A stretch of 64,000 nt of DNA from Citricoccus sp. GTDB taxonomy: Bacteria > Actinomycetota > Actinomycetes > Actinomycetales > Micrococcaceae. The position numbers and the translations under genes were made by a program. Shown in pieces: positions 63,127-64,000 of the stretch; within the stretch, counting starts at the first letter, position 1; each line of letters starts with the position of its first letter. Below the pieces are notes generated by a model. The model was not told the DNA's origin. It searched no databases and saw only the letters and a list, made by a program, of their open reading frames with translations. The DNA is taken from assembly GCF_032154715.1 (NCBI RefSeq), contig NZ_JALDXU010000006.1, positions 2,399-66,398 of the forward strand. The letters are read 5' to 3'.

Positions 63127-64000
63127 TTAATCCACCCTCACCGTGAACGTGTACTCACTCGACGTCCGGCTGTCCGGTGCCACCACTCCCACGGTGAAGC
63201 GCGTCTTGTGCCGGACTGGCACCCTGACCGGCCGGGAGTGCCGCACCTGGGACCCGTTGACCGTCAGGGAGCGGACGTTGCTGGACATCGCGGTCGGCAG
63301 CACGGACACCGAGCGGGTGCCGCGGGGCACCACGATCTCGTAGTCGAACACCCAGGGGTTGAACTTGTCCGTCAGCCTGTTCTCCACCCCGTTCGAGGGC
63401 GGCGCCCAGTGCACGTCCGTGCCCACCAGCCGGCCGCCGTCGATCTCGAGGTGGCTCAGGACCGAATAGCGCAGATGCCCGCCCTCGGCGTTGTAGTCCA
63501 CCGTCACCCCGGAGGGGTAGGCGTCCGTCGGCGAGCTCAGGTAGTCCCGCGGCTGGTCCAGGCCGGCGCCGATGGAGTTGCCCACGGCGATCCAGTTCGG
63601 GTCCCGCCACATGTCCCCCACCTTGGACATCCGGGAGTTGCGCACCGGCCCCGTGGGGTTGCCGCTGATGCCGCCCCGGATGGAGGGCTCGATGGCGGCG
63701 TCGCCGTCGTCGATCATGTTCTGGAAGCACTCGATGAAGTTGTCGATGCACTCCATGCCCACGGCCACGTCCTGATGGGCATTCGTCACCTCGACCACGC
63801 GGCCGCTTCGGCTGCGCTTCCGGTAGTCCGCCACCAGCTGGCGCTGCAGGGACAGGAAGAGGTCCGCGCGGATGGAGTTGAACTGCGTGGTGTCCGCCGT
63901 GTACGGGCGGTTGCAGCCGTAGTGATCGGAGCAGTACACCCAGCCGGCCTGGTTGATGAGCGCCGTGATCAGCCCGTTGGTGTGGCCGGGCGCATGGAAC
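63127..64000 (-). CDS. secreted protein with a C-terminal cadherin-like beta-sandwich domain (5' part outside the window)
   Basis: The reading frame stays open to the window edge (...FHAPGHTNGLITALINQAGWVYCSDHYG...). The tail VRSLTVNGSQV...YTFTVRVD resembles cadherin-like beta-sandwich modules. The enzymatic part is unassigned. Confidence 0.6.
   Translation of the reverse strand, partial: FHAPGHTNGLITALINQAGWVYCSDHYGCNRPYTADTTQFNSIRADLFLSLQRQLVADYRKRSRSGRVVEVTNAHQDVAVGMECIDNFIECFQNMIDDGDAAIEPSIRGGISGNPTGPVRNSRMSKVGDMWRDPNWIAVGNSIGAGLDQPRDYLSSPTDAYPSGVTVDYNAEGGHLRYSVLSHLEIDGGRLVGTDVHWAPPSNGVENRLTDKFNPWVFDYEIVVPRGTRSVSVLPTAMSSNVRSLTVNGSQVRHSRPVRVPVRHKTRFTVGVVAPDSRTSSEYTFTVRVD

Overview
This is a 64-kb high-GC chromosomal segment of actinobacterial type, with about 58 protein genes. 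All calls come from reading the six-frame track and the DNA by eye. No database search was run. Start codons and family names are my own judgement.

Layout from left to right:
1. Tail of an allophanate hydrolase gene, then an SsuABC-like ABC importer.
2. A TetR gene coupled to a YhgE/Pip membrane protein.
3. A 7-gene, translationally coupled minus-strand organosulfur-scavenging operon: SfnB-like acyl-CoA dehydrogenase (ACAD), SAM methyltransferase, Dpp-type ABC transporter and LLM monooxygenase. A SAM-IV-like riboswitch precedes it.
4. A DUF1801 gene, an AlkD-like gene and a LuxR-type two-component pair.
5. A GntR-controlled tricarboxylate locus: aconitase-like, RraA-like and tctC-usp-tctB-tctA.
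6. AraC, an NAD(P)H oxidoreductase, a CPBP protease, an S9 peptidase and MerR.
7. A thiamine locus with two near-identical TPP riboswitches, one before thiE and one before thiD/tenA-MFS-thiM.
8. A visibly AT-richer island of about 8 kb (about 39.0-47.6 kb). It carries a coupled DUF262 + ABC-ATPase/TOPRIM (OLD-like) gene pair, an N6-adenine methyltransferase with a putative restriction endonuclease, and a multiply frameshifted tyrosine integrase. Gene debris flanks it.
9. A second GntR regulon with an uncharacterised catabolic operon: two KstD-like flavoproteins, a Dabb protein, an MFS transporter and an SDR (short-chain dehydrogenase/reductase). A HIBADH-like (3-hydroxyisobutyrate dehydrogenase family) gene, a DASS symporter, a CMD (carboxymuconolactone decarboxylase family) gene, an ALDH, IclR and another SDR lie alongside.
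10. A divergent hsp20 and HspR-like MerR pair, then a partial secreted-protein gene.

I saw no rRNA, tRNA or CRISPR array. The best candidate for an undescribed system is the DUF262 + OLD-like ATPase pair at 39451-41930, together with its adjacent restriction-modification (R-M) genes.
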